DNA of 64,000 nucleotides from Perkinsus olseni (Eukaryota): NCBI GenBank assembly GCA_013115125.1, contig JABANN010000050.1, positions 1 to 64,000 of the forward strand, read 5' to 3'. Shown piece by piece: positions 43,919 to 57,739 of this stretch (position 1 is its first letter; each line of letters starts with the position of its first letter). The notes under the pieces were generated by a model. It saw only the letters and a program-made list of their open reading frames with translations, ran no database searches and was not told where the DNA came from. The position numbers and the translations under genes were made by a program.

Positions 43919-46900
43919 TCATGCTACACTCGAGAGGTTTTGTTTCTCCTTCTCTTTCACATACCGCACGATCGCTTTCTTCACTTCCTGCGCGGGCCTG
44001 GAAGTTGACAACGTGACGGTCCACAGTAGTTACAAAAAGCATACTTGCAATCGTCAATGCTCAATGGCTTCTCTGTGATAGGGCAGACCTCACCACACGA
44101 GTCGAACCATTTCTCGAGTGTCTTCTTCTCGAAAACATGACCATAAGGGGATCTGAAACATGGCGAATCTCGTGACTAGAATAATTCCCTCCTTCCGATT
44201 CGGAACTCGGAGTCCTTATTCACGAGGTAGCTACACCTCGACCTGACTTCGAGGGGTTGTTGATAGTATCAGGAACGACATGGGCACTCCAAAAAACGCC
44301 AGCGAGAACCGAATCACCACCCGGCAAGTGCCGAGGTCCGACTCACCGAACCGGGTTGGTCATGATCTTGCCATCCAGAGCGCACTTGAGCTCCACTGGA
44401 GCGTTGACCAGTTTCTGACTTGTGCGCCGAATCCGCAACGCCTGCTTAGCCTGCGCGCTCTTGTCCGGGTTACTTGGGAGTCCTGATGATACTTGACATT
44501 CTGAGTGCCGACACCAATATTGGCAGCACCCTGTTTTCCGCTCTGGAGTGTGGGAAGGTCTCCCAAAAGACTTCGATTGACTTCTTCATCGTTGCCGTCT
44601 TGAGTTGCTCTGAACATGAAAATTTGCCGACCAAATCGATCGTACAGCATGCACTCGTTGCTAGGAAGCGCATCCTCTGCATGACCACTCTTCCGATCTG
44701 CAGCCAACTCGGCGAGGGTCTCCGCCTGGCACCTAGGGAGTACACGCGACGTGAAAGGACGTCAACACTTCGACAGAGGTTATCAGCCCACCCACCCGAC
44801 TGTGGCGTCCAGGACTTCCGGAGCAGCACTGAGATCCGATACCGTCAACCCCTGACCGCTCACGGGACAGGTAAAATTACCAGAGGTCAGCCAGTCCTAC
44901 GCAATGAATCCCTGCGCAGACGCGAGGCCCGGGATGTCTCACAGTGATAGCCGACCGTTCATACAATATACCCTGTGGGGTCTTCACAGGGTCCCTCATG
45001 AGACACCCAGTCAAAGCGCAGTACCTAACCTGGGCCATGAAACCTACCTCACCGAATTGGCCTGGCAAAATACGGGCTAGCGTATTCCAGTCTCACATCG
45101 TGGCTTCACCGGGGTCGGCTTCCTCGGTGTCATCAGGTCCTGCAACCTGCTGGCCTTCGCTGAAACACATAAGCACTCCTTCATGATCTCACTAGGAGAA
45201 CCTCTCCCATTCCAAGACTGATGTCATGCATTCAGCGATCACCAGCAGCGCCCTCCCCCTACTCTTCATCCGTGTCCTCGATTTCCATCACCCGACTAAC
45301 TCTCTTAAAAGGATTGCCTCGCTTCCACCGACGCCGGCCACGCCTCCTTGACCTGCATAAGCGATGGGCTTTCAATGGGGAAAACTTCGAGCCTTCCCCC
45401 GTCCGCTCACTTGTAGTCGCCACTCGGCCGACGCACTTTAGTAAGCCATACGCCGTTCTTCTTCCCACCTCGCTGCTCGCCCGGGGGCTCATCGCCGCCG
45501 AGGGAATCCAAATCGATGGGCTGGAATCAAGACCAGAAGTCATAACAATCAACTAGTGTGCTACAGGCACTCAAGCAGATAAGTTGGCGTACAGGGGACA
45601 ACCCAATCAAGTTCACCGCGACTCAGGCCTCTGGTACGCGTCGATTGACGCAATGGAAGGCTCAAGTTTCCGTCACGTAGCTGACCTCAACTCCTAGCAG
45701 GGAGTAGACCATGGGCACCGTATCGCCACTCGGGTTCACAGGCAGAGCGTCCGACCCGACTTGAACTCGCCGCCTAACCCGTTCGCGCTGCCAGAGAAGA
45801 GCAAGCATTACCAGCTAGCATGGGTGAGACATGTAGCACTCACTGCGGCTTCCTGCATTCCCTCGATCGCTACACCACTGGCCTCGGCGAAGGCGTCCCA
45901 GTGCTGTGATGTGCCGTAGTTGCAGTTGATGGCAACCTTCATGAGTACGACCATCGTCACTGGGGCTTCTTTCAACTGTACTGAAAACTTCACAGCGCCG
46001 CGAGGGAACGATGGTCCTCACCTGGGGCAGTCCTGCAACACGGCTGAGCAGCTCTGAACGTTGTAACTGGCAAGCATCACGCGTGTCCACTGGGGAGTCT
46101 CGCAGGCAAGAGTCATGCATGGTGACGCGAGTGAACAGCGCCAGAGGGCTAGCGAGTGTACGTACCGGTTTGCGGAATGTTTTCACGTTGAAGGTGACGA
46201 TCGCCAAGGTTTGTAATGCCGAGGTAAGATTCGCCCACTCGATGGACTTCGCACCGACAGTTGAGCCGACCTCCGTGAAAACTGAATAAGATGTTAAGCG
46301 TTCCTCGATCAGGCAAATGAAACCGACCTGGAAGTATGTTCTCTATGTATGGTAGTAGAATGTCCGGTATGATGTTGGACTTGATCGCTAAGTGCTGCCG
46401 GAGTTGGTGATGGTGAGAGCCTGTCCAATAGCGTCTACTGAGTGTGGAGGTCCTCGACCAGGCCTCACTGCAGTAGAGTAGACAATTATGGATGAGGGTC
46501 ATGAAGTCCTTCATGAGGATATCAGTATTGGCATGCGAGCGCTGATGTTGACAGACACACCGACCTGAGAGAGGCGTGCGAGGGCACGAGTCGCTGGTAG
46601 GTCGGCCTACCGAAGCTATCCACGACGTCATACTCGATAACAGAGCAAATGAGCTCTGACACGTGCTCGTTGAACCTGTAGAGATGCTCAAGGGTCCAGC
46701 CGAGCCAGCTGGTGTACTTTCTGGTGAGCTTCTTGATGTCAGTAGAGTTGCCGTCCATCTCGGCGGCCTCACGACAGAAGACACATTCGGGATAGGACAG
46801 TTCAACCAGGCACCTGATCGTGTCTGCCCCGTCGGGAGTGTTCGTCTCTGTTGAATGGTAGAGTGCGACACTAGCGGGAAGTCGCCTCCTCGGCGATGTA

Positions 46901-48244
46901 GATATCGACCAGCCCTCACGCGGCGAGGAGCACAGGGCGTTAGAATAACAAAGAGAGGATGTAAGAAAGAAGTCTCACCTGCTAGCACAGGCCTGGAGCT
47001 CAAAGTCTGCAACACCGTTGTCACATCGCAGTACGAAGGAAAGCAGCGACACGACACCTGGAAGAATGGAGAAGCCGGACTCCTGCCGAGGGGGATCCGC
47101 GTTCTACGGCCGATCAAACAACGCTTCATTACGTGTGGGAGGTGGAGCGTTGAGTTCGGATGCCTACTGGAGAGTGATCCGCTGGTGAGCTCGAGAAGGT
47201 GGTGCCCTTTGAGTGAATCATAACCAACACACTTGGCGAGGATGTCCAACATGTACACGCGGCAGTTGCCGGAGATTGAACCTAGGCCGTGGGATTCCTG
47301 GAAGAGCTCTGGGCTGGAGGTTGGAAATACCGTCTTTGTCGTCCTCCAAGGCAACCAATGCAAAATCATAAACATCGCTTATGTCCTCGAGCACGGCCGT
47401 AACGATTGGGCGTATGATCACACTAGAGCTGAACTCCTGCAGAGAACGCAGAAATTGGGATGTGCTCGGCCGCTTCTCTTTCGTCAACCGGAATGCTAGT
47501 CACGGCGCTGCGGCTGCCACTTCCTCGACAAATCGAGGTGTTGATATTCCGCTGGTTCTACCTTGCTCCGATGAGAAGCTATGCCGATGCTTAGTGAAGT
47601 AGTTGACGACAGTAAGACAACAGATCAGGGATTGGATTCCGGATGGCAAAACTCGAGTTCGTGTTCTCAATCAGGCGGTCTCTAACGGAGAAGTTCGAAT
47701 GCTTTTTAGATTAGCAGGGCTAGTTCAGCTAAGGCGGCGTGCGCAGCGGGATGTCATTGTGGTCAGTATTATGAAACAGTTGCGTCGAAAATCGTCAAGT
47801 GCCAGATTTCTATCGGCTCTTCGATACACCATCGGAAAGAAGAGCTGTGCAGGTTTCCGGCGATGCATAGATAAACCGACTTTGAGGATCTCTGCAACGA
47901 AGCAGAGGGCTCCTTCGTACAGCCTATAAACCCTCTGGTCTGTGGCAGGTGCCGCCTTCAATACTCCGCATACCTGTTCAAGGACAAACTCCGATATAGG
48001 TGAAGTACACTAGCAACCCCACCGCTCTGAGAACGTCCGACACATGAAGTTGGAAGGCATCACTCTCGTCTGGTGGCAACTCTTGTACTGTTTGCTAAGA
48101 GAAGTCGGGTTAAAGCTTAGGGTATGGATGAAGCATGTGGCATACCCAAACTTCCACAACTCGCTTTTGATCATCCCATTCAATATTCTGCTCCTGGATG
48201 ATGCTGTCAAGTCTTCGAAGAGCAGCCTCGGAAGCTGAGGTCAT
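43919..48244 (-). CDS. Large multi-exon protein with two C-terminal U-box domains (E3 ligase-like)
   Basis: U-box 1: YCALTGCLMRDPVKTPQGILYERSAIT|DWLTSGNFTCPVSGQGL. U-box 2: LKCALDGKIMTNPVR|SPYGHVFEKKTLEKWFDSCGEVCPITEKPL. The N-terminal exon chain was only partly traced. Confidence 0.7.
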
Positions 48245-50479
48245 TGAGTGTGAAACTCTGACAGGCAGTCCCTCGACCTTGGACCGATGGCGCAAATCTT
48301 CCGATGCAGTTGCCGTCTCGACTGAAGGACCGCCCGCTCAAAGTTCACGAGCGGCTACGCCTTGAATCAAGCAGGGTATCCCAGCCCTCCAGCAACCAGT
48401 TCTGGGGCTCCCTTTTCTCGTTAGCAAAGGGAAGCCGATGCCCGTAGGGGCCACATCCAAAGACAGCACTTCTCTCAAGGTGGTATGACCGGTCAGAACG
48501 TTTCGGTCGGCAGGCTTGAGTTTCTCTTCACGCAGACTTTCTGCGGCCTCTTTCTCAACTTCATTCTTCTAGCTATCGTTCTCTCACTATTGTCTGCCGA
48601 TGATGTCTTTAGGGTTTCTTGAAGGGAGAGGGCCCCTCTAAGAGGGGTGATAACGATCGGTCGGTGGAACGGCGGCTCAACCCAGAGGCCAATCGTTGGC
48701 AGCCAAAGATGAAGCGCCGAAGAGACATACTCACAGAGATACACAACACTTTCGCGGTCCTCCCGTTGGATGTTCTGATCGACAAGAAGACTGTCTATTT
48801 GACGGAAGGCCCCACACGCAGCACCCGCCAACAATTCGAAAAAGATAATCGGGAAAGAGAATCAGAAAATCCGGATCGAGATTCTCAGTACAGTTCCGCT
48901 GGACTGTTGGCAGACCTAGATGCTACCGACTACGAGCTCACAGCGAGTTACAGAGCACGGCATGAGAACAAAGAATCTTACGACTTAAATTACACCAGTG
49001 TTGTACTCAACCCGGGAAAAACTGAAGCAAATCTTCAATTCGATAATCGCCAAGGCGAAGTAAATGACGCGTGACCAGTTTAAGGAGGACCAATCAAACT
49101 CAAACAGAACTTGAAAGAACCAATAGCTCTGCTGCAGCTACCGAGTGCCCTCTTTCCATCTGGTATGACAAACACAAGAGGTTCTAAATACGGGTAGGAT
49201 AGACTCTATGTAACGTCATTCGTTTTTCACAACGTTAGCAACGATCCAGAAGGCGTCTCGGTACCCAGAAAATAAAATCTACGCGTTCAACGATGATTTC
49301 AGATATTAAGCAGATGTAAAGGCGCTGTGCGTGACGGACCAGGAAGCACAGCACTCCTTTGCATAGCATCGAAAAGATAGGGTCAGCCTTAGTGAAGACT
49401 CTCCTTAACAGCATTGTTAACCTGTTCTGCCACAGAGACATGAACCACCAACCTTTGACAGAATTCGAAAAGGTAAGATGATACACATGTAGCGGCACCA
49501 ATAGCTGTGAGTACGTTTTAAGTGGAAGCAGTAATAATATATCATTATCATTAGCTCGGTTGTGGCATCAGTATTAGTAGTAGTAGCATGAGTTTGAAAG
49601 TATAAGCGACAAGCAGAGGAATGATGACGATCTCGTAATGGCATACACTCCTATTGTGTAGACATAATTATGGTATAGAGTTCTATAGCCGAGGGCTACG
49701 ACGAAGGGACTATCAAGGCACACAATCGTGGTAATCAATGATGAGGATACTAGTCTACAGGCTAGCTTGGACTTGGCTACTAAGGACGAGAGAACTCCAA
49801 TAATAACAATAAGGAAGAGGAGGAGCTCTACCAAACAATGACTGAGCAGCCACAATGACATCTCCTCTACTGTCGAGCCACCCTCACGTCTAAATAGTCG
49901 ACTACGCCGGCGCCGCTGTAATGGTACGATAACATGGATAAGAGAAAGATAATCACTTTGTTCTTGTCATTATTATTATCACGGCCAAAAAAGTGGTGGG
50001 ATTTTCTAAAGGTATCTCTACTAAAGGCAGGGCTGGAATTCAACAAAGATTCCCTTCTCCTTGAACTCATGCCGTGCCCGCTCCAGCAAGGTTAAAATCA
50101 TCTTCTCCGTTATTCCGAGGCGAACCGTAGCCCATCTGAACGAGATCACAATATAACAGATCGCTAGATTAGGGATGGTCACCTGCAGCGACCAATGCAA
50201 TTGAAGGACCTCAAGAAGCCCTTTTGCATAGGGCCCGACCATCTAATTCCTTCAACTTCAATAGCATGTCCAAGACCTGAAGGGAGCCATCGAGCTGGTA
50301 GTCCTCACATGCTACCTACCGCCATTGGACGAAGCTTCGGGGCCAACGACCGACTCGGGCCTATATACAAAACGTAGCCACCATGCTAGCTCAGCTAGCG
50401 ATGCGCCGGGGTTCTCGTTACAGGATGCTAAAATAGATGAACCGCTTCGCTCCGTCGGATTCATGAAGCTTGCCGTCGA

Positions 50480-52460
50480 ACTCCCCACTCGTTGACCTTT
50501 GTTGCCAACAGACCCGATGAGCTTTCCAAAAGAGCCGCAGAACCAGCCGCAGTGATCACACCAAAAAGCATAGTCAAGAACTCCGACATTTATTCATGCA
50601 AGACTCCATACTTATCAGAGTTACGATCGGCGAGATGGTCGGATCGGAGTTTACGCCCAAACCGAAAGAGTTTGTGAGAAGGCAGATGCACGAAGAAATG
50701 AGGTTGGTCATGAGTAATGATGGTACTAGAGACAGGGGCAGTAACCGTGCCTTACATAGCGCGCACTCCCTCGAATCAACAATACAAGCAAGGAGCTTCA
50801 CTTCATGAGCTCGGTGGAGGCGCCTGTCCCACTGCGGCTTCTCATACGGCGATGGAGTAGGGGCTGCCGTCCGCCAACCGCAAGTCTTACCCAGGGCTCG
50901 GGAATACCTACACGGCGACCGTCGCCACCACGACAGCGCGAGATGGCCGGCCTACCTGTCAGGATCATTGAGCCATGACGAGCTCACTTCGACCCGCTCC
51001 CACTCCACTGTGCATCCCGAAGGGCCGCGACTCGCCACATAAATGCGTTCCACCTGCATCGAAGTTGCGCTATGAAGAGATGGCCGCGCTGACACACCTC
51101 GTCAGTCGAGTATCTTTCTTTGATACTCGTAGCCCCGGCGCCATAACCGAAGGTATATTCAGCACTAGCAGTATCAGCTGCCATCAAAAGGCGCGCTCCA
51201 ACCTTATCGCCGAGACCCTGAGGAGACGTGGGACAGGCGCGGCCGAGTCGACAGCCCTACAGCAAAAAGCAAGCCTTCTCCCCATAGTATCCAAAAGTTA
51301 CGTTCTCTCGGGAAGCGGACCTGACACCACCCGGAGCTCCGACGAAGCAATGGCCCTTAGCGAGCACCTCCACTCGGGATTCCAATTATGGCGTTAAGCC
51401 ACTGGACGGGGACTTACTCGAGATTCGCTAATGACTGCGGTTTCGAGTCCGAGCGGCTGAGGGTTCCCGGCGTTGGAAGGTATCTCTCTCGGGCGCGTGT
51501 GTTTGATCTCGCTTTGTGAAGAGCAGAAGCTTACGACCATACCCCTTTCTCGGAAGAGTTGAGGCCCTAAACTACAAAGATGCGGCTACCGGGAATCGAA
51601 CCGGAGACCATTACCTGTTGTTAGTCCGACACAAATACTCGAGGGACTCTCACTCCCTCGGCACGTCGTAGGACTGTCATTCAACGTTATCCGGATGGCT
51701 ACAGAGTGGCCCTTCAAAAAGGGGGGAATCACGCATAGTGTTTGACCTGGGCGAAGAGCCCGTAGAGAATAACAACATAAACGAGCGTCTATACGCCCCC
51801 TGAAGCTCCCCCCAGTCGTGGGATAACAACATGAATTAAGGACAAGGCTCCAACAGATCGTCGCCCCCTTACCAATAACGTCATCATCCGCGTTCTTATC
51901 AGGGCACAGAGTAGTGAGAGGGCCAACGACAACAGGCTGCCTCTCGCCAACATCAAGGCTGGCAACACGTGGTACCTTCTGTGTAGAAGGGGTCCGCAGC
52001 ACTGTCCGTTGAGATGGTGGTAGGTCGGGAGGTGGCAAAGGCAGCGGAGGCTTCCTCTCCTTCCCAAGTGCTGGCCTGAAGAACAGTAGACGCTGGACAC
52101 AGCAGCAGCGACCCCACGGTGTACTTCTTGTCTTCACTATAAGCGTTCTCCTCTGTGCATGCAACTGTCGATAACGCTGACTGCGACAGCAGCGGCGACG
52201 GGGCGAGTTGAGGGGCCTCCTTCTCATCTAAGCAGCCATAAGCACATCACAGGAGCCGCCATCCTCAGCAATCCCCTCACCCATGAAAAGCAGGAAGTCC
52301 TCAGCTCGTTTCCGATCTTCTCTCTGTTGCTCGGCAGCACCAACAGTAGTCTTAACAATCTCGATCCCTGCGGACGGCAGCCTCCCAACCGATCGGCGGT
52401 GGCGACCCTCCCGCGGTGTATCAGCGGCAGCAGCGTAGTAGTCTCGAGAGAAGCAATTGA
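50480..52460 (-). CDS. Hypothetical multi-exon gene (boundaries approximate)
   Basis: Short coding-like minus-strand segments with GT-AG junctions, e.g. LEYLCRTNN|SLGPQLFRER. No family recognised. Confidence 0.3.
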
Positions 52461-53059
52461 CAACGTTGGGCACTAGAGTGGACCATCCAGAGTTGGAAGA
52501 GCTGGAGGTATTAGCTCTATCATGTCGTACCGGTTTCATTCTATTCGTAAGGATGAACAATTTTCGTGGACGTCGTTGTGGTGGTGGTAGCAAGAATGGC
52601 AAGAATCAGATGCTTCGGTATCGAGGTGGAGAAGGCAGTTGTAGTATCGGCGATAGAGAAGGTGGCAGACAAGACAGAAAACACCGCTCAGTCGAGGGTG
52701 TGAAATCAACCTACAAGATCAGTATAGAGAGGAGCGGACTACTACAGAAACGGTCAGCAAGACACTATAAACTATGAGTGGCCACCTCTATCGACGAGAC
52801 AACACCTCGTCAGCACCGGCAACAGGAGAGAGCAATAAACGGGAGGCACGCAACCTGGCGTTACTAACACGATCGCCCCTGCCCTAGAGATGACACTCCT
52901 CAACTGCTCCCAAGTGGCTTCCAAGCGAATGAGAACACTGTAGGCAACCTGCGCTCATCGTCAGCAGCCTTGGCATCCGCCCGATCCTCGGTACAGCCCC
53001 CCAAACACCTGCCCCCTCCCTCAACGTGACAGCCCCTGATGAGTCGAAACTTCCTTTAT

Positions 53060-56000
53060 CTACTGGACAGAATAGACCTTCATCTTGCGAAGCCGACTGA
53101 AAACACGTTGCTGCACACCTAGCCGAGCCACCAACAAAGATGCTCAATCCACATCAACGAGCGACAATCATCGGGCCAACGGTCGCACCAACAACTGTCA
53201 AAGTTAAGCGACGAATTACTTGATCGCTGCCGCCAGTTCTAGCTTCCTCGGGTAGGAGTAGTATCCGGCAGGATGCCTTGCCCTTTGGACAGCATCAAGG
53301 CCTGTCTTGTACCTACCATTGAAAAGAGAACACCTTCCTCAAATGCAAGTATGTTAATCAAGCAACCCTCTGTCATTGGCCAACCTTAGACGGTGACGGC
53401 ATGCCACGATCATCGAAGATGACTTCTCAGACTTAGTTTTTTCGACAAGTGTCTCCCAACATCCACCAACCCGTGACCTACTCGTCCCCTCGTCCCGTTG
53501 GGTAGGCATGGCGATGGACTTCCTCGTAGAACCGATCCAGCACGTCCGACAGTCTGAGGATGGTGATCTCAACCCACGCTAACATGACGAGGGTCGTCAC
53601 CTCCTTCCTCTGGTGTAGTCCTTCTCGGCGAGAGTCTGTATGGCATCAGCGATAGCCCTGGCCTGTCCAGTCTCCACCAGCTGCTCTACGTTCGTGAGCT
53701 CGATCTCCGTCCATCCGTACGAGATACACCGCAATGATTTCGACTGGACCTTACCTGACGCATAGAACAGGACCTCCAACTTGCGTTGGTCGGCAGAAAA
53801 CAAGTAGTCTAGGTAGAGTCAATCCCTAGTGTACAAGAGAGTGAAGGTACAGCCATCTCTTTCTTAGGATCAGCGTCGAAATGGTACGATTATGCATGAA
53901 TTACGATTGGTGCGGTATGGTTAATTTTCCTTCTGTAACGTTCCTGTATAAAAGAATATTAATAGACGAACAATAATATGATACGATTCCCCTGACCATC
54001 TCCTCACCATCGGCTTGTAAACTGTATGGGTCAACACATCGTCCCCGCAGCCCCGAGAAGATATTCTCATCAACGTCGGGTATGGTGAGGTGGACGTCAT
54101 CAGCAGCCGCGATCTCCTTCGCCCTCTTAGTCACGTCATAGGGCACGTACTGGTCCATCATTCTGCACACAAAACAACATCGCCACAAGTGTCGGACCTT
54201 GCTTTTCAAATCGGAAGCACCAACAGTCTACCCGACCAGGTTAATAAACACTAACAAAAGTCGGAGACGCTGTCGGCACCAATAGTGTCGACTCCCGACT
54301 CACATGACCGTGTCAGCCACATGGAAGTAGTCTCCCGATCCACCAATAACCATTATCGTACTCACACCAGCTCTCTCACAAAGCGTCCTGACATAACCAG
54401 GCACTAACAACAACCAACACCGATAGTGCCCCTACCTAACACGCCACAAGAAGGGCGTGATGGGCTCCTTATCCGCAGACACCAGCTGTTGCATCCGACC
54501 ATCCCGTATCATAAAGTTGGTGGCACCTGAGCACTCATCTCTTGCTTCATCCATACAAGGTGTGTGCTTAAAAACCAGTCTTTAGTCTGTTCATCCCCGC
54601 TGTCGACAGCGGTACTTCCAGGCAGCATCTCTCACCGACTGCTTCTCACGACTAAACCTCCTCCCCTCGCTCACTCGTATCCTCATCGATAAGAAAGGTC
54701 GTGGCACCAACTTCCAAAGCTTCCATTATATTAGCTGCTTGACTGGTACTACCTGACATCATCTGTCGTCACTGAGTTGACCGCGCGCCACGAAATTCCC
54801 CCTACCACTAGCATCTTCTGTCGAGAACTGCGTAGTATCTCGACCCAGGGGCAAATGGGAGATGAAGGGGCTGATATCTGACACGGGTAGCACCCTCCAA
54901 TCAACGCCCCTCCAGATTGGGCCCATCAGTGACTCCACTCGTCATGTCGGGGCGATAATTCTTCGTCACCATAGCCATTCTACGACTGAGCACACCACGG
55001 CGGCTGGCGATGCTCAGCAGTGAGAACGCAAACTCACCCACGCGAGCACGACTCTCAAATGTAAGTAGGTCAGAATGCAAGGATTGAAAAGTAGTAATGA
55101 CGGGTACAGGGGGATTGCTACGACGATGCACAGTCGTCACTGCACAGTGTTATGAGGTAACGTCCGAAATTCAGCGTCCGCTACGTCCACGCGTAGAGAC
55201 GCTACGGATGTGACCCAGGGCTCCGGACTGTACGAAGCTGTGGTCAATACGCTTGAGATCACAGCGACCACTCTGTACTCGCCAGTTTCCTCTCCGCGCG
55301 TGAATAGTCACGGGAAACGACACGAAACTCTCCGAGGACCACAATCACTCAAACCACACCCAAATACGACCGCCAGTGGGAGTATTCCAATAGAAATATT
55401 CACGAGTATTTTACAACCAGCACGCAGTGCAATGACGGAAATCCGACGATTCGAACCACACTCGAATGAGCCATGGAGAAGGCACTCTCCACCACAAATC
55501 ATACTCCCATATCCGCACCCCAAGGACCTTTGCCTACCAACGTTATTGATATATCGTCCATCCTCAGCCCGGATCTTCATCGCATTAGGGTCAGTCACAA
55601 CCAACTCCCGACCATCGCCCGGTATATGATTATAAACACCAAGCTGCAGAGCCTCCAACAGCGTACCTTGCGCAGTAGGAAGATTCTCTCCAGCATCTCA
55701 CCAATTCGACCTACTTTTCCCGTGAAAGCCTCCGCCGACGATCAATGTGACGCCCTTCCTGATGCCCATCCCTTTCAGTCGACCCTCATGAGGCAAATCC
55801 ACCGCTACCGACAACGACGACGGCGACTTGAACGCTACAACCTACGCAGAACAACCAAAACTCTAGCGGAGCGAAGCTCTCTTTTTTACACTACATCACT
55901 GCCGCCGTTAGTCTTCATTAACGGCCTATCATCCACACCAGAGCGACGGGGAAGAATAGCACCGTCCCTCACAAAGGCGACCAGGCCCAGCTCATCCAAC

Positions 56001-57585
56001 TTGTCGCGAAGCTGAGAACGAACGCCAATCCCGTCGAGAGCGGAGTTCGCATTAACGACGTGAACCATCGCTAGCTCGATTTGGTTCCCGACGTTGAGGT
56101 TCGGCCCGAATTTTGAAGCCCCGCGTCCTCGTGTGAGATGCTGCAGGAAAGCAGTCCAACTAGTAATCTTTCAAGAACGGAATTCCTTCGACCCGTCCTT
56201 CCAGGGCGAGTAGCAATACCGATTCAAGTCCAGGTCAAATGCCAGACGTGCGGAAGCCGGCGCGAAGGGGCTCCACTCCGTCGTATACCAGAATGGGAAA
56301 GATTCTCCCTACACGAACAGGCCAGCAGTTCTCGAGACAAGCGCCCTGCCGAACTTCAGTTGCGAGTGACAAAACCCTAGCAACAGGTGACCCCACAGCA
56401 AGCCCGACTACCCAACCCTGGTCATCCACGCTGTCCACATGCTTCTTCAAGGCACTCTGGTCCAGTCGATCGTAGTACAGACTAGACCGCACCAACGGCC
56501 ACAGGTTGCCGATGATCTCCGCAGCTCTGAAGGTGGCAAGCCGAACGGTGATGAATCCACACTCATCCACCCAGTAGCAGCTCTCACTTGTAGCCTTCAA
56601 TAGTCCTCCCCCTCGCCGGAAGTGCCAACGTACAGCGAGCCTCTACGTACTCAGGACAGATGAACATACACGACCGCTGCAGTACCTAATGTTGAGTAAC
56701 TGCCGGTAACCCAAGGGTATGGGGAAGCCAATGATGCACCATAAACAGCGGACTCATCAACACTTCACAGGAGGGACGACACATTCAAGCCTTACACCGT
56801 GAGGTTTCCATGTACTAATTTAGTATCATTGCTCTCAATAAGAATGACAGTCCAATACATCAACCCCTTCACCACCCCTCCTGTCACCTCCTGCCCAGGA
56901 TTGCTAATCTGAACATCGCCACCTTTACTGCCGGACCATCCACCCCCCCGCTGTGCCTTCGTCAGTCCGTCGTCATTCAGCGTCCTGAGCACACCGAGCC
57001 AGTCTTTCTGACACCTCTAGCTGCACAATAATTACCGATGGAAATGACGTGTTATATAATCGCAGCACGCCGTTGAGCGCAATGACGTACTCCAAAGGTC
57101 GTAAGGGATCTTCGCTGCCGCCATGTTGACTCGCAATCGAATTTGAGAAGGGGGCGCGTAGGGGTCCGATTGAACCTGAGCCGGAGGAGAATCTTCACCA
57201 CCTATCACATGCCAGAGTGAAGCCCTCTAAAAGATTCCTCAGAAGCTACCCTATCGATGAATATTTTCCATTCTCCGTTGGGCATCGGCCACTCGCCAAC
57301 CAAATCCTTATAGTAGCCGTACGAGTACCCTTCCAGTCGGATCAGCGCAGCGGCCAATTCTGAATTATCCTCGCTTGAACCTAAGATACCCCATTGATCA
57401 AGGACCCTCTAATAGAGCAAGAGGAACCTCGCCTTCTTCTTACTCGCCTCCGTCTTACTACGCTTATGCATTGGCTCGCTGCCGTGGGAGGCCTCATCGC
57501 GATACGACCCATTGCCGTGATGACGATTCCCTCCGCCACCATACTTCGCCTTATAATAAGCTCCCTTTCCTTTGCCTTTACCCAT
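53060..57585 (-). CDS. Predicted ATPase of the ABC class (COG3044 / trypanosome MRB1590-like), many exons
   Basis: MGKGKGKGAYYKAKYGGGG, VQSDPYAPPS, GGGWSGSKGGD, LVAFVRDGAILPRRSG, Walker A LIVGGGFHGK, GVYNHIPGDGRE, DASG|STSQAANIMEALEVG, LIDED, CATNFMIRD, GGSGDYF and ELAAAIN|RLR. Confidence 0.92.
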
Positions 57586-57739
57586 AGGAAAAAGAAAACC
57601 AAACTAGTACTCGACGGCCGATTCTGACACCTCTAGCTACGCTTCGCCTGAGGATCGTACCGGGGTCATCACTCTCCGGAAAGCCTTGCATCAACAACAC
57701 GAAACATAGTAGAGTAGAAACTTGATCATGCAAACTGTC

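Noticed and set aside
46149-47375. 408-aa minus-strand ORF as a stand-alone gene or transposon protein
   Set aside because: It reads through introns and mostly off-frame exons of the U-box gene; no RT or transposase motifs.
50124-50137. ACCGTAGCCCATCT resembles the start of the perkinsid/dinoflagellate spliced leader
   Set aside because: Short, needs an indel, lacks the TTGGCTCAAG end and is not at a gene 5' end.
48600-50350. Coding-like fragments on both strands
   Set aside because: No consistent exon chain or family; partly overlaps a TpA-rich degraded patch.
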